From the NCBI RefSeq assembly GCF_902652985.1, contig NC_047021.1, positions 35,960,001 to 36,024,000 of the forward strand: a stretch of 64,000 nucleotides of DNA, written 5' to 3'. This DNA comes from Pecten maximus (lineage: Eukaryota). A program made the position numbers and the translations under genes. Every line of letters begins with the position of its first letter. Position 1 is the first letter of the stretch. A model generated the notes under the pieces. That model saw only the letters and a list, made by a program, of their open reading frames with translations. It was not told the DNA's origin and searched no databases. Shown one piece after another: positions 1 through 13,003 of the stretch.

Positions 1-1920
1 CACCAACAGCAAAGTCATATGAAGAAGTATTAAGATGACACGAACTGACAGGGCCATATGACGACAAGTGTATGGGGGACAAGATACAATCTACCAACAG
101 CAAGGAACATATGAGGACGGGTATCTAGGGGACACCGACTGCCAAGGTGATATGTGGACACGGCTTGCAGGGCCATATGGAGAAGGGTGAATAGAGAGAA
201 ACGATATCCAGTATGAACCGGCTAATAGGGTCACACCAGCAGCAAGATGGATATGTGGACGGATTAAAAGTGTGGCACCAATCAGTCAAGAACACATGAG
301 TACGGGTGTCTAGGGGACACCGACAGCCAGGAACTTATGAGGACATTTTGAGATGGCAAGAACAAGTAGGAGCATATGAGGATACGTGTATATGAAACAA
401 GATACGTTATACCAACAGCAAGAAACATATAAGGACGAGTGTCCAGAAGACACCGACTACTACGGTCATATGTTCGTGTGTCGAGATGACACGAACTAGC
501 AGGTACTTGTTGCGAAAAACGACAGCTAGGGTATTTTATTCTTGTTGCTTAGACTGAACCGACAAATACAGAATCTTGTGGATTTCAGGTTTTGATGGGG
601 ATTGGTGTGTACGGGAATATTGTCATCCAGACAAGTCATACATAAATATACAGCAGAAATAGAAATTGACATTTGTTTCTATGTTATGGGTTTAGCGTGA
701 TCGTAAGAGCAGGGATCACATGAGTACCAATGTCTAGGGAACACCGAGAGACAAGGTCATATCAGGACGAATTGAGATGGCACGAACTGGCAGGGCTCTA
801 GTAGGACAGGTGTGTAGAGGACATCGACAGCCAGCGTAACAACAACAGCGTGTTGGATATGTGTACAGATTAATAGGGTGATACCAACAGCCAGGAACAT
901 ATGTGAAGAAATCTAAGGGATACTGACGGCTAATGTCATATGAGGAGGTATTAAGATGACACGAACAGTGGGGGACATAGGAGAAAGGTGTATAGGGGGG
1001 CAACGAGCCATTGGGTAAATAGGGTAATAGAAACAGCAAAGGGCATATAAAGATGTCTGTCTTTTATTCATAACGATTGAACTCATACGACAAAACAAAA
1101 TATCGTGGAAATCCGGTGATGTTGGGGGTGGATGTGTAAGGTAATATTGCGATCCAGGCAAGTCATACAAAAATATACCACTGGCAGCTTAAACATGGTT
1201 GGACCAGCAGGGAGCACACGAGTGTCTATAGGACACAGCCAAGGTCACATGAGGTTCCATCAAGCTTACCCGAACTTACAGAGCCTTATTGGGACACGTG
1301 TATAGAAGGGCAATGACATCCAGCGTGAACGGGTGAATATGGTCACACCAACAGCTAGTAGGATATGCCTGGGAATATGTGGAGAGATATATGAATATGG
1401 TGATATCAACATTCAGGAATGGCTGTCTTGGGGAAACCGCCAGCCAAGGACGTATGAGGACGTCTTAAGATTACACAAAGTGGCAGGAAATTATGAGGAG
1501 GGGCGTATAGAGGGCAACGACATCCAGCGTGAACGAACGAATTTGGTAGCATCAGCAGCGATTTGGATATGATCATGGATGCTATCAGCATATGAACACG
1601 GGTTTTTAGGTGACACCGACAGCCACAGTCATATGAGGACGCTTTAAAATGAACTAACTGGCAGGGACCATATGAGGTTAAGTGTAAAGAGGAGGGAGAA
1701 ATCGTTGGGTGAATAGATAGATACAAACAACACTCTTGTTGATATCAGAATCGCAAAGGTTTTCTATGATAATGGAGACGTGTGTAAAGGAACATCGAAA
1801 TCCAGGCATGTCGTACAGAGACAGGTGTCTAGATGCACTGCGACAGCCAGAATCATATGGGTACAAGTCACTAGAGGCACCGGGAAAGAGGATGGGGTTA
1901 CAAAGACCACACCGAGAATA
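1..1920. repeat. Degenerate higher-order tandem repeat (~40-bp subunits such as GACACCGACAGCCAAGGTCATATGAGGA), truncated by the window start
   Basis: Recurrent cagccaagg/catatgagga/gatgacacgaact motifs. A distinct block at ~560-655 recurs at ~1088-1180. Confidence 0.7.
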
Positions 1921-4150
1921 GAATTACATTAATTAAAAAAGTAAAAAAATATGAAACAAATTAGTGTATCTCACTGTATCGGCGTCCAAGTAAAAACAAC
2001 CGTTCTCTTTCCTTCTTTTCGCTCCAAATTGTTAAATCTATCGTTGTCACCTTTCGTTATATTACCTACGAGATGTACCCTTTTTTTATATAACCTAATA
2101 CGTGCTGAGAGAATTGTAACTTCTAACAAACAAATACTCCACAAGGAATATCATAAACACACCTACAGGTACTCAGATAGCAGGCGTGTTTACTCCAGTT
2201 TTCATCAACCATTTTATAATTTCCTTTTAATGGATTTTCCGTAGCTGTTTGTGTTGTACTAGATGTTGTTTTACCTATACCTGAATACCCGAGCTCACCT
2301 GGACTGAATAATGGGCATTATAGTATACATGATGTTACACCCGGTGCCTCTAATGCATCAGGCCGTGTTTTCTTTATCTGTATTGTAGTTTCTGATCAAT
2401 AGGTATGATGGACAGTTTAATAATAAGGGATTAATTATTTGGCCTTGTAGACGTAGTGAGATGGGGAGTGTAGGAACAGCAGGAAGCTGTCTAGATAGTA
2501 TACACGGACGCCATAGTCATAGAGTCACAACACGTAAAACCTTTATATAAAGATATAATGATAATGGACACGCTGGTGATGACAATTGTGAAAAAAAATC
2601 TTGAAAGAAATGAGAAAATAATAGGATTGAATGTAATTAAACATTAAAAAATCCCTCATCTTTCCTTTCGCATAAAGATAAGTGGGGGCTGGATATGATG
2701 TCGTTTTGGGAAGGAATTTCCGTCAATGATATTATACACACTAATAGGCAGACTAACGGCATCCTACACATTTAAAGGGTAATACTATCAACAGTATATG
2801 GTACAATAATGTAAGACATTGTTTGCAGTTGCAAGCATCTCCTGGAGCGCACGGTATCGCCGTGTCTGTCACAATTAGACGAGCATTGATAGCATTGCAG
2901 GATTGTCCTGTTCCGTTACTAGTCGATCTCGAAGGATTAAACTGATCTATCCGCCTTAATGGAGGAGAAGTCCATCTCTTAATGACAGATCTCTCACAAA
3001 ATCACCTTAATGGAAGCGAGTTGTGTCACCTAGAGTGACATCAATGCTGATCGCGATTCCAAGTAGAGGCAACACGTGCAGATATCTGTTAAAGGGTTTC
3101 TCTGTAATCCAAGTAGAACTATGTAGTTCAGATCGCTAAATCTTAAATATTCTACATCTTAATCTTAATATATATTGATGATTTATAAATATTTATCGAA
3201 CTTTTGCTTAACTAAATTGTAATAAGCTATGGTTTCATTGAACTAAGTTTGTCCAAAAATTTGAGAAATTGCGTGTATTGTGAGGCCAAATTACTTGACA
3301 CCGGAAACGGTTATATGTTTTCTTTTGAGCTGGATGTGAGGGGTAAGAACGGAGGAGAAAAAAAGTCGGTGATATATAAAGATTTTATATATGATATCTT
3401 TCATTGTATCTCTCTAATTTGGTATTTCATTGGTTTGTGTTTTCGTTATGACATTTTATAATCATTATGCTTCTATCTTCTGTTTACGAATGAATCAAAA
3501 GTACCGATTTGTATGTTTTCAATGGAAGCATATTTCGTTTGAGTTTATGCGCATTTTATGTATGCAGATTAATGAAGACTATGGCGAGTTTTTTTTATAA
3601 TCGTCAGCATGATCTCTCTAGAAATATTCGACGTGTTCAATGCTCATTAATTCACTATGTTACTACCTCGGCTCCGATTTTCAGAGCAGTTACGTGACCC
3701 CTTGTACTTTTTCAGTGATCCCTATGGAAATATTTTTCCATATTTCCCCGCTTTTATCCAGTGAATGACCACCTGTGTAATATACCCTTGAGCGTTTTTA
3801 CATTGGCTGCGCCGCTCAGAAACAGATCGTGACGTCATAATTAGGACAAGGATATTACGTAAATAGAAAATGATACAATAAAATACGGCTGACTCCATTT
3901 AATGTTTTTCTCCACATTTGTAATTAAAACCTTGTCCAAATGTTATTTTTCTGAAACTCAACTTTGTTTTCAGTTCATATTTTTTATTATCAGATTTTAT
4001 CAAAACCGTCTAAAATTGATAACCTTCCACAAATTAGGTTACATGTAATTTAACTGGCTCCATTCCTCAAATAAAGCTTAGTCAAGCTTCGTGAGACACA
4101 CATGCCCCCACTCCCGTTCAAAATTTTAAAAAAGGTAAATCTTAAAAAAA

Positions 4151-4248
4151 AAAATCGGTAAAAATGACACTCCTGGAGTTCGTTACAACACGTAGTTTAA
4201 AACCGTAGTGTTATAATGAACACCAGGCGTGTCATTTTACCGAATTTT
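4151..4248. repeat. Short imperfect hairpin / MITE-like inverted repeat
   Basis: aaaatcggtaaaaatgacactcctggagttcgttacaacac pairs with gtgttataatgaacaccaggcgtgtcattttaccgaatttt. Confidence 0.7.
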
Positions 4249-4439
4249 AATCTAGCCCCCCAAAACGTATGAAAATGTGCTATACACACTAGGGAAGGTC
4301 CAAATACACGTAGACAGTTACAAGTCCTCTAATCCCTGTAGTATAGGCCTCACATTAGAGCTAAGGAGGAAAATCTCAGAACAATGTTTTGAGTGTAGTT
4401 TGAAGCGGTGGGTGTACACATGACAGCTGAAGACGATTT

Positions 4440-4735
4440 GTCTAATCATTTGATACCGATACTTTTATCCATCTGTCTCCCATAGGATGTCAAATAGTGT
4501 TGTCTTCTTCAATTGAATTTAAGGAACGTTCTCCATTTTGAGAAATCAAATCAAGACAAAACCCGTCAGTCCATTAGAGAATACCTATGGGAGACAAAGC
4601 TATATCTGGTAAGTGACCATCGCTTTCAAGACAACATCATCGTCTGTTCCTATCATATGGACAATCAAAATCTCCCCCGTCAACACGTTTCTGACATTAG
4701 ATGGTGGATTCAAAAATTGTCTGACTTGTCCTCAT
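4440..4735 (-). pseudogene. Degraded NHL-like beta-propeller coding fragment
   Basis: Minus-strand frames give GQVRQFLNPPSNVRNVLTGEILIV and LSPIGIL*WTDGFCLDLISQNGERSLNSIEEDNTI*HPMGDRWI, resembling NHL repeats of invertebrate TRIM-like proteins. Contains stops and a frameshift. Confidence 0.4.
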
Positions 4736-4784
4736 ATATGTTTAAAACCTCAAAACCGAGAGACAGGGTAAACCAAGCATTATA

Positions 4785-5573
4785 AATATGGTATATAGAT
4801 ATGGTATATAAATATGGTATATAGATATGGTATATAAATATGGTATATATATATATATATATATGGTATTGGTATCTAAATATAGTATATAAATATGGTA
4901 TATAGATATGGTATATAGATATGGTATATAGATATAGTATATAGATATAGTATATAAATATGGTATATAAATATGGTATATAGATATGGTATATAGATAT
5001 GGTATATAGATATGGTATATAAATTTGGTATTGGTATCTAAATATGGTATATAAATATGGTATATAAGTATGGTATATAGATATGGTATATAGATATGGT
5101 ATATGAATATGGTACAGATATGGTATATAAATATTGTGTGTATATATATATATATATGGTATATAGATATGGCATATAAATATGGTATATACATATGGTA
5201 TATAAATATGGTATATATATATATATATATATGGTATTGGTATCTAAATATAGTATATAAATATGGTATATAGATATGGTATATAGATATAGTATATAAA
5301 TATGGTATATAGATATGGTATATAAATATGGTATTGGTATATAAATATGGTATATAAATATGGTATATAAGTATGGTATATAGATATGGTATATAGATAT
5401 GGTATATAAATATGGTACATATATGGTATATAAATATTGTATATATATATATATATATGGTATATAGATATGGTATATATATATGGTATATAGATATGGT
5501 ATATAAATATGGTACAGATATGGTATATAGATATTGTATATAAATATGGTATATAAATATGGTATATAGATAT
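4785..5573. repeat. 13-bp minisatellite (GGTATATARATAT)n with (AT)n interruptions, followed by a poly-C run
   Basis: Directly visible. It explains the spurious Ile/Tyr-rich minus-strand ORFs. Confidence 0.95.
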
Positions 5574-6771
5574 GAACCCCCCCCCCCCCCCAAAACAAAC
5601 CATGATGAGCGCACAATTATAGACTCATCTACATTACGTAATTCCATAAAATTCAATAAAAACTGTAGGACAAACTGATTTGTATAACTATATTCAGATC
5701 GTTACTATATAATTTTACCATTTTGGTTGTTTTTATACACTTCAGCTGCCGAATGGAAAACTGTGGTACAATATGGAATTAAATACAGAAATCTAGATAT
5801 GATAATTCTAGAATGGTCAGTCCAATGGTACATGTAGTATTCTTCACAATAAGATCCCATTGCGGTTATTCGGTCAAGAGCATGCGCGCTAACACCAACC
5901 CGGATGTTGGGGATAGGCCAACAGTAAGTATTTATTAGAAATGTTTAGACAGACATCAAAAGTATATTACACAAAATTCAACGGGAGGAGAAGGAGGGGT
6001 TTAAACAATTCTGATCTAACGATAAATTTTAACAAAATATCCATGAATGCCTGTTACCTATTATTCAGATAATGTAAATGACGAAACTGTTTCCTATCAA
6101 CTTTACATCGATCTGAATATCATGTTAAAACGAGGTCACTTGTAGAGAGGTTTTGTTTATCTTGAGAATGATGATTTTTAAATTCATCTTTTATACGCTC
6201 ATATGTAATCTCTCTCAAAAGCCTGTAATTTTCTGAATATGTTCACATTATAAAAACTGCAAGGTGATATGTACTGTTTTAAGAAACATTTCTATCAAAG
6301 AAACCATAACATATCACTGGTTAAGACTATTGATATATTTTTGTGGAACAAACACATATAAATCTATGATAAATTTATGGTAGAAATATCCATATTTACC
6401 CCAATATAATAATTCTTCGGGAGCGGTTGAATATACTGTTTACAATTGGGATTAATGGAGATTTAAGTGCTAAACGGTCTATCGGAAATACAGGGAGGGT
6501 CCACTGTGATTTATCTTATGAAACCAGATAAGGCAGCACAGCCAACACCACATCGCAATACATGTCTTAAGATACATACAATTCGTACATGACAATTATA
6601 TGTTATTTCTTTCTTTGTTGTGTTTTTTATGTTGACAAAAAGTATATGTAGTGTAATTAAATTAAGAATATTTCGTCAGTTTCAGTTAAGATTGGTTTTT
6701 TTTTTTTATCTTTCTTTGTTTTGTTTGGTTGTTTGTTTCATTATCATTGAAGAATAATAATGACGTCATGA

Positions 6772-7005
6772 AGGGCCGCGATCGATAGCTCAGTCGGTTA
6801 GAACTACACCCACGTAATCTTAGTGTGCAGATCCAATTTAGGTGCTTGGTTGCGTTCTTAGTGAGCTGACAAACGGCCCTTTCTGGATTACATACGACGG
6901 TCCTCCTGTATATTCTTGAGTGAGGTAGTCACCAACTACACCAAGAAGACTCCTCAAAATGACCATGGCTGTTCACGGAACGACAACCCCAGTAAACAAA
7001 TAAAC
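6772..7005 (+). mobile_element. Degenerate tRNA-derived SINE (copy in duplication unit 1)
   Basis: Head gggccgcgatcgatagctcagtcggttagaa (A-box like). The 3' end cctcaaaatgaccatggctgtt...aaacaaataaac resembles the tail of the SINE at 28488. Confidence 0.6.
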
Positions 7006-8739
7006 ACATCAATATTGATAGAACATGATACACAACTTAATAGACAAAATAGAGAGTTTTTTATGAAAACGTATCCATTGAGGGAAACGTATCCATTGAG
7101 GGAAACGTATCCATTGATTGTCAAATATCCATGGAAAAGTATAGCTTTCATTTCAACACTAACTAAGAACGAACAATGAAGTTACCTTTGATGTTACTGT
7201 ACAGTGACTTTTGCTGGTTTGTCTTCCGCTCTGTTCTATATAATAGTGACATTGGTTTCGAGGGAAGATGTGGTTATCAATATTTGATTGATTTAGTCTT
7301 GGATAATGATATATTAGATTTATAACACGCGCGAGGAACAAGTACCGAAATGCTGATGAATGTCGATGGTAAATTCAGGTGAAAGTCCTTAGACGAGAGC
7401 TTGGCCCTTTTCCTTACACAGCATACATTTGAATTAGTTTGTATTTTACAGTAATAAACTACATGTGTCTTGAAATTAAATGTACAAGTTGATGAGAGTT
7501 TCAGCCGATATGCTGTAAATAATGTGACGTCATTACCAGGCTATTTCACAATCGCATCTATTGGAAAATAACATGATGTGCGCACAATTATATACACATC
7601 TACATTACGTAATTCCATAAAATTCAATAAAAAACTGTAAGACAACCTGATTTATATTACGATCGAAAGATCGTTATTATATCATTTTACCATTTTGATT
7701 GTTATTAAACACTTCAGCTGCCGAATGGAAAAGCTGTGTTACATTATAGCATTATATACAGAAATCTAGATATGATCATTCTAGAATGGTCAGTCCAGTG
7801 GTAGTATCTTTCACAATAAAGATCCCATGCGGTTAGTCGGTCAAGAGCATGCGTGATAACACCGACACGGATGATGGGGATAGGCCAACCGTAAGAAATA
7901 TATATTAGAAATGTTTAGACAGACATCAAAAGTATATTACACAAAATCAACGGGAGGAGGAGAAGGAGGGGTTTAAACAATTCTGATCTAACGATAAATT
8001 TTAACAAAATACCCATGAATGCCTGTTACATGTTACTTATATAATGTAAATTGCGAAACTGTTTTCTATTGATTTTACATCGATCTGAACTTTATTAAAA
8101 ACAAGGTCATTTGTAGAGAGGTGTTGTGTATCTGGAGAATGATTCTTAAATTCATCTTTTATACGCTCATATGTCATCTCTCTCCAAAGCCTGGATTTTC
8201 TGAATATGCTCACATAATAAAAACTGCATGGTGATATGTACTGTTTCAAGAAACATTTCTATCAAAGAAACCATAACATATCAGTGGTTTAGACGATTGA
8301 TATATTTTTGTGGAACAAACACATATAAATATATGATGAATTTATGCTAGAAATATCCATATTTACCCCAATATAATAATTCTTCGGGAGCGGTTGAATA
8401 TACTGTTTACAATTAGAATTAATGGAGATTTTAGTACTACACGGTCTATCGGAAATACGGAGAGGGTCACGATGTGATTTATCTTATGAAACCAGACAAG
8501 GCAGCACAGCCTACACCACATCGCAATGCATGTCTTAAGATACAGACAATTTGTACATGACAATTATATGTTATTTCTTTCTTTGATGTGTTTTTCATGT
8601 TGAAAAAATGATATATAGTGTAAATACATTAAGAATATTTCGTCAGTTTCAGTTAAGATTTTTTTTTTTTTTTTTTTATCTTTCTTTGTTTTGTTTAGTT
8701 GTTTGTTTCATTATCATTGAAGAATAATGACGTCATGAA

Positions 8740-8976
8740 GGGCCGCGATCGATAGCTCAGTCGGTTAGAATACCACCCACGTAATCTTAGTGTGCAGATC
8801 CAATTTAGGTGCTTGGTTGCGTTTCTTAGTGAGCTGAGAAACGGCCCTTTCTGGATTACGTACGACGGGCCTCCCGTATATTCTTGAGTGAGGTAGTCAC
8901 CAACTACAACAAGAAGTCTCCTCCTCAAAATGACCTTGGCTGTTCAAGTGGCTACAAACCCAGTAAACAAACAAAC
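8740..8976 (+). mobile_element. Degenerate tRNA-derived SINE (copy in duplication unit 2)
   Basis: Paralogous to 6772-7005. Confidence 0.6.
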
Positions 8977-9529
8977 ACATTAATATCAATAGAACATGCT
9001 ACACAACTTAATAGAAAATTAAACTTTTTGATGGAAACGTATCCAATGATGGAAACGTATCCATGGAAAAGTATAGCTTTCATTTAAACACAAACTAAGA
9101 ACGAACAATGAAGTAACCTTTTATGTTACTGTACAGTGACTTTGGCTGGTTTGTCTTCCGCTCTGTTCTATATAATAGTGACATTGGTTTCGAGGGAAGA
9201 TTTGGTTATCAATATTTGATTGATTTGTTCTTGGATGATGATTTATTAGATTTATAACACGCGCGAGGAACAAGTACCAAAAAACTGATGAATGTCGATG
9301 GTACATGCAGGTGAAAGTCCTTAGACTAGAGCTTGGCCCTTTTCTTACACAACAGACATTTTAATCGGTTAGTATTTTACATCATTATACTACATATATC
9401 GAAATTGAATGTAGAAGTTCCCTTTTAGTGGCCTCTTCTGAAAATGTTCTTTATGTAAGATAGTTTATACCGAGGACGATTATTTTAAAGGATCGTGATG
9501 TATATATTGCATTTGGTAAGGAATGTTTA

Positions 9530-9985
9530 GAAGATAGTCATTTTTTGTAAATTTCGTAGAGCTAATCAAAGATGTATTGCTGAAATTGGCAGATGGCACC
9601 AGATTGAGTATAAGGAAAGAAAATGTCCATATTGTAAAAATCAACAAAATGTTGATGAATTTCATTAATTACTTGAATGTACAGCATTATCTGCTTATAA
9701 AACTTTATATATAGACAAATACTGTCGGTCAAGACCAAATATTATTAAGTTTAACGAACTAATGAATAAAACTTGCGTTAAAAAACTAATGAAAATGTGT
9801 ACTTTTATCAGAATAATTAATAACATGATATGTCCTTCTTGATAAAAATTTAAATGTTTGTTGTGAAACAGTTCTGTGTATCAACTACGAACACTACTGT
9901 AATTGTATATATTATATTGTAAATATGTTTTCTATACAGATCATGTCAGTATGTGAAAAGAGAATAAAATGAATTTGAATTTAAT
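9530..9985 (+). mobile_element. 5'-truncated non-LTR retrotransposon (LINE) 3' end
   Basis: Translates FCKFRRANQR..EIGRWHQIEYKERKCPYCKNQQNVDEFH*LLEC..RPNIIKFNELMN (C-terminal CCHC region of a LINE ORF2), followed by AATAAA and a tgaatt-type tail. Clade not determined. Confidence 0.8.
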
Positions 9986-11297
9986 TTTGAATAATCCAAC
10001 TGAACTAGGATATTATTGTTTTATTCCGGTTAGTTACAGATCTTTAGATAGGAACCGTGATACATTAAACCTTTTAGACCAATTCCACACCTCATCTAGA
10101 TTTGTTCTAATTGTCATAGACATATCTTATCACTGCTACATCTCAAAGATATATACGTTAGTGACGACGTCATTGGCTGTTTTAAGAATATAATTTTAAC
10201 ACTTCCAAAACGTCATCGTCACTATTTTATCGATCATTTCCACACCATATCTCTCCAAGAGGTCAGTGTAGGGTTCCAAGGACAAGCATATGTATAAACA
10301 TCGAAACAAACCTCAAGGTTAACACGAACTATCTTCGAAAAAGATAACCGTCAAAGTTACCATTATTGTACAAATCTTGTTCTCGACAGGATTGAACGAT
10401 CAACAGGCTCGAGGATACATAATGACTTAATTAAAAACTCTAACATAGAATATCTGCTTACATAAATACCAGGGGTTCGGAAGGACCGGGGCCAGGGGCC
10501 AGGGGCAATGGGCCAGTTCTTAATGGCCCATTGAAATTTGATTCCATAGACAAAAAGTAAATCTCCGTCATAGTGTCAGAAGGTCGTAAGTGGCAGTAAA
10601 GTCTTATTTTGCGTTTTGGTTTTTTTTTTTCATTTTTCTTTTTCGTCTTCGCGGCATTCTCGGATTTTTTTTTCATAGTGGTATGAAAAAAAAATCTCAA
10701 CCAATCAGAAAGCCGCATTCTGCGTACAAACAATAGAAAATTAATTATACTGTAAATAAGACACATTTTCACGACACATTTTCACTTGATATGAAAGATT
10801 GTCTTCCTTTTCAAAATCGTGGAAATATATCCCACGAAAACTGTGATGTACAGTTCAAACAGAATGATATCATTCATGTAATACAATATTGAAGTACTCG
10901 AATTTTACAGTAAGATCGATAGGGAATACAGCCCCGTGAGATTATTTAAATCATTATCATTATATGATATACAGTATATTAATAGAAACCTCAATATTAT
11001 TTACATTATCTGTGGCTCTGATGATTTCTCTTTTTGATAATCACGTTCGATTTTCACATCACATACTCTATACTTGGTTCATTGCAGTAGCTGTGTTCTG
11101 GAACAAAGTTTTGTCATATGCTTCAAAACTATGATCATTATTCTTTTCTTTTTACGATCTTAATTTTTTGTAGAATGTGTTAACGATATGTATTTGCTTT
11201 GATGACAGGGGGCGTGCATTGTCTGGAGGTGGTGAGTATGTCAGCGAGAGACTGCAGATGATGGATGAGTTGACAGATAGGGAGGGAGGTGCTCCTG

Positions 11298-11435
11298 TCC
11301 CCGTCCAGGAGAGCTTCCCTGTACTCCCGCCACGGGAGCCTTCCCTTCCACATCCAGGGGTGTTCTTACACTTCCCCGTCCAGGAGAGCTTACCTGTACT
11401 CCCGCCATGGGAGCCTTCCCTTCCACATCCAGGGG
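11298..11435 (+). repeat. Two-copy GC-rich direct repeat, 75-bp period
   Basis: tccccgtccaggagagcttMcctgtactcccgccaYgggagccttcccttccacatccagggg at 11298 and 11373. Confidence 0.85.
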
Positions 11436-12022
11436 ATCATAAGCTGGTGAACTCGCAACTGAATTGGTAGGGTTATATAGTGGCAGTGCCATACAATGGT
11501 AAATATAAAATGATGTCGTTATGCTATTGTGAGTGCGTCACGTGCCCACTGTCGTTCCCTACCCTCATGTGAGCTCGAATTAATCCTGTAAAGTATATTG
11601 TACGTGAGAAAGATTTTTTTCTTTTTTTTTTCTTCTTTTTTTTAACATAGCGAGACATTCGACGTACATATTATAGGGAGTGAGAAATTCCCATCACATG
11701 TGTCTGTAATTAATACCATAATTCACTCCACCCTTAGGGGATAGTCACGTCATGTGACGTCATATATGATCTTACTCAAGGACTCGTGGGAAGCATTATA
11801 ACGTAATATTTTGGTAATCACTAACTACGATGTGGGATAGTAATTCTAAAGCCTCTGGTTTTAGATTGATATTGATGTTGAAACGTAAGTCCATATTCCC
11901 ACTGGACAGCCACACGTCACCAGGCAAACTGCCAATGCACAAAACGAGTATCGATATATATGCGTTTATAACTTAATTGGAAAAAAAAATAGAAAATCAA
12001 AAATAAAGAAAGTATTATCCAG

Positions 12023-12249
12023 GCCAAGGCTCAGTTCAAAACGTGATTAAAGTAATCACAGTTTAACATAAACTTTTATATCCTTATGAAATCATTTCTG
12101 GTACAACTAAATTGACAAAATTTTACTATGTCTGCCTCTTCCTACCTGCTTATCTTAAGGAATACACACACTAAGGTTTTGAAGTAAAGGAGAAATGTTA
12201 TTTGAACTAGTTAAGTGATTAAGCTAATCACCTTTTGAACAACTTGGCC
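12023..12249 (-). mobile_element. PIF/Harbinger-like MITE, diverged inverted copy of the 35014-35246 family
   Basis: Right end gtgattaagctaatcaccttttgaacaacttggcc followed by CAG. Internal sequence (ctcttcctacctgcttat etc.) matches the reverse complement of the 35014 copy. Confidence 0.7.
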
Positions 12250-13003
12250 CAGTTATAACAAATGCTCGGACATATGTCACATTTTGATACATCAATATTG
12301 CTCAACCAAGGCAAACGCTTTATCCTTTAAACATGTCATTTGAACACATGGCCTTTACATATACTTCTTAACAAAGCTATATCGCTCTCAAATCGCTATA
12401 TTGGTCTTCGTCAAAAATGAATATAAAAATCCCTTCTGTACGAAGGGAAGCAACTCAAAATTGATTCTACATCATGTCTAAATATAAAGAGTTACCTCCC
12501 CTTAACCTCCTGTATACAACTTATCGGGGGATATATGTTTCATCATTTTTTTTCTTTGTATGCTACAATTTGCAGTGATTCGGCCAGTGTATGAATAGAG
12601 TACAACTCCAGGTGTTGTAGGTTAAACAATGACCACCAATTACTTTCGGCCTTGAGAGCTTTCGAATGCTAAAAATTTACAGAAGCCACAACGAAAAATA
12701 AAGAAACGTCACAAGATATGAGAGTTTAATTTTATAATTAAAAAAATGTAGTTAATACGAAATTACTATAAGCGCCATTCCTGATCTATACGAAACTATC
12801 AAATTGACAATGTCGTCACACTAACAGGGGCTCGTTTCCGAATTTTCAGAAATGCAAGACACGATAACATTAAAAGTCAAGTATTTATAAAAAAAAAATA
12901 CACCATGTAGTGTAAAAAAATCGGGAGTATCGACATAGTTTCCGGTTTTATATGTTTACTGTATTTTAGTCTTGTGGTTATTCCGACTGATGTCAAAGGC
13001 CTT

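Larger units (their letters stand above)
5601..9420 (+). repeat. Tandem duplication of a ~1.9-kb unit (copy 1 ~5601-7490, copy 2 ~7572-9420)
   Basis: Colinear diverged copies, each starting catgatgWgcgcacaattata and ending ...aaattRaatgtaSaagtt. Confidence 0.92.

Noticed and set aside
4742-5656. Long Ile/Tyr/His-rich minus-strand ORFs (304, 192 and 119 aa)
   Set aside because: They are translations of the 13-bp minisatellite, open in all three frames only because the repeat lacks stops on that strand.
7353-7406. Hammerhead ribozyme-like CTGATGA...GAAA (also in duplication copy 2)
   Set aside because: Stems I-III cannot be paired convincingly; at best a decayed relic.
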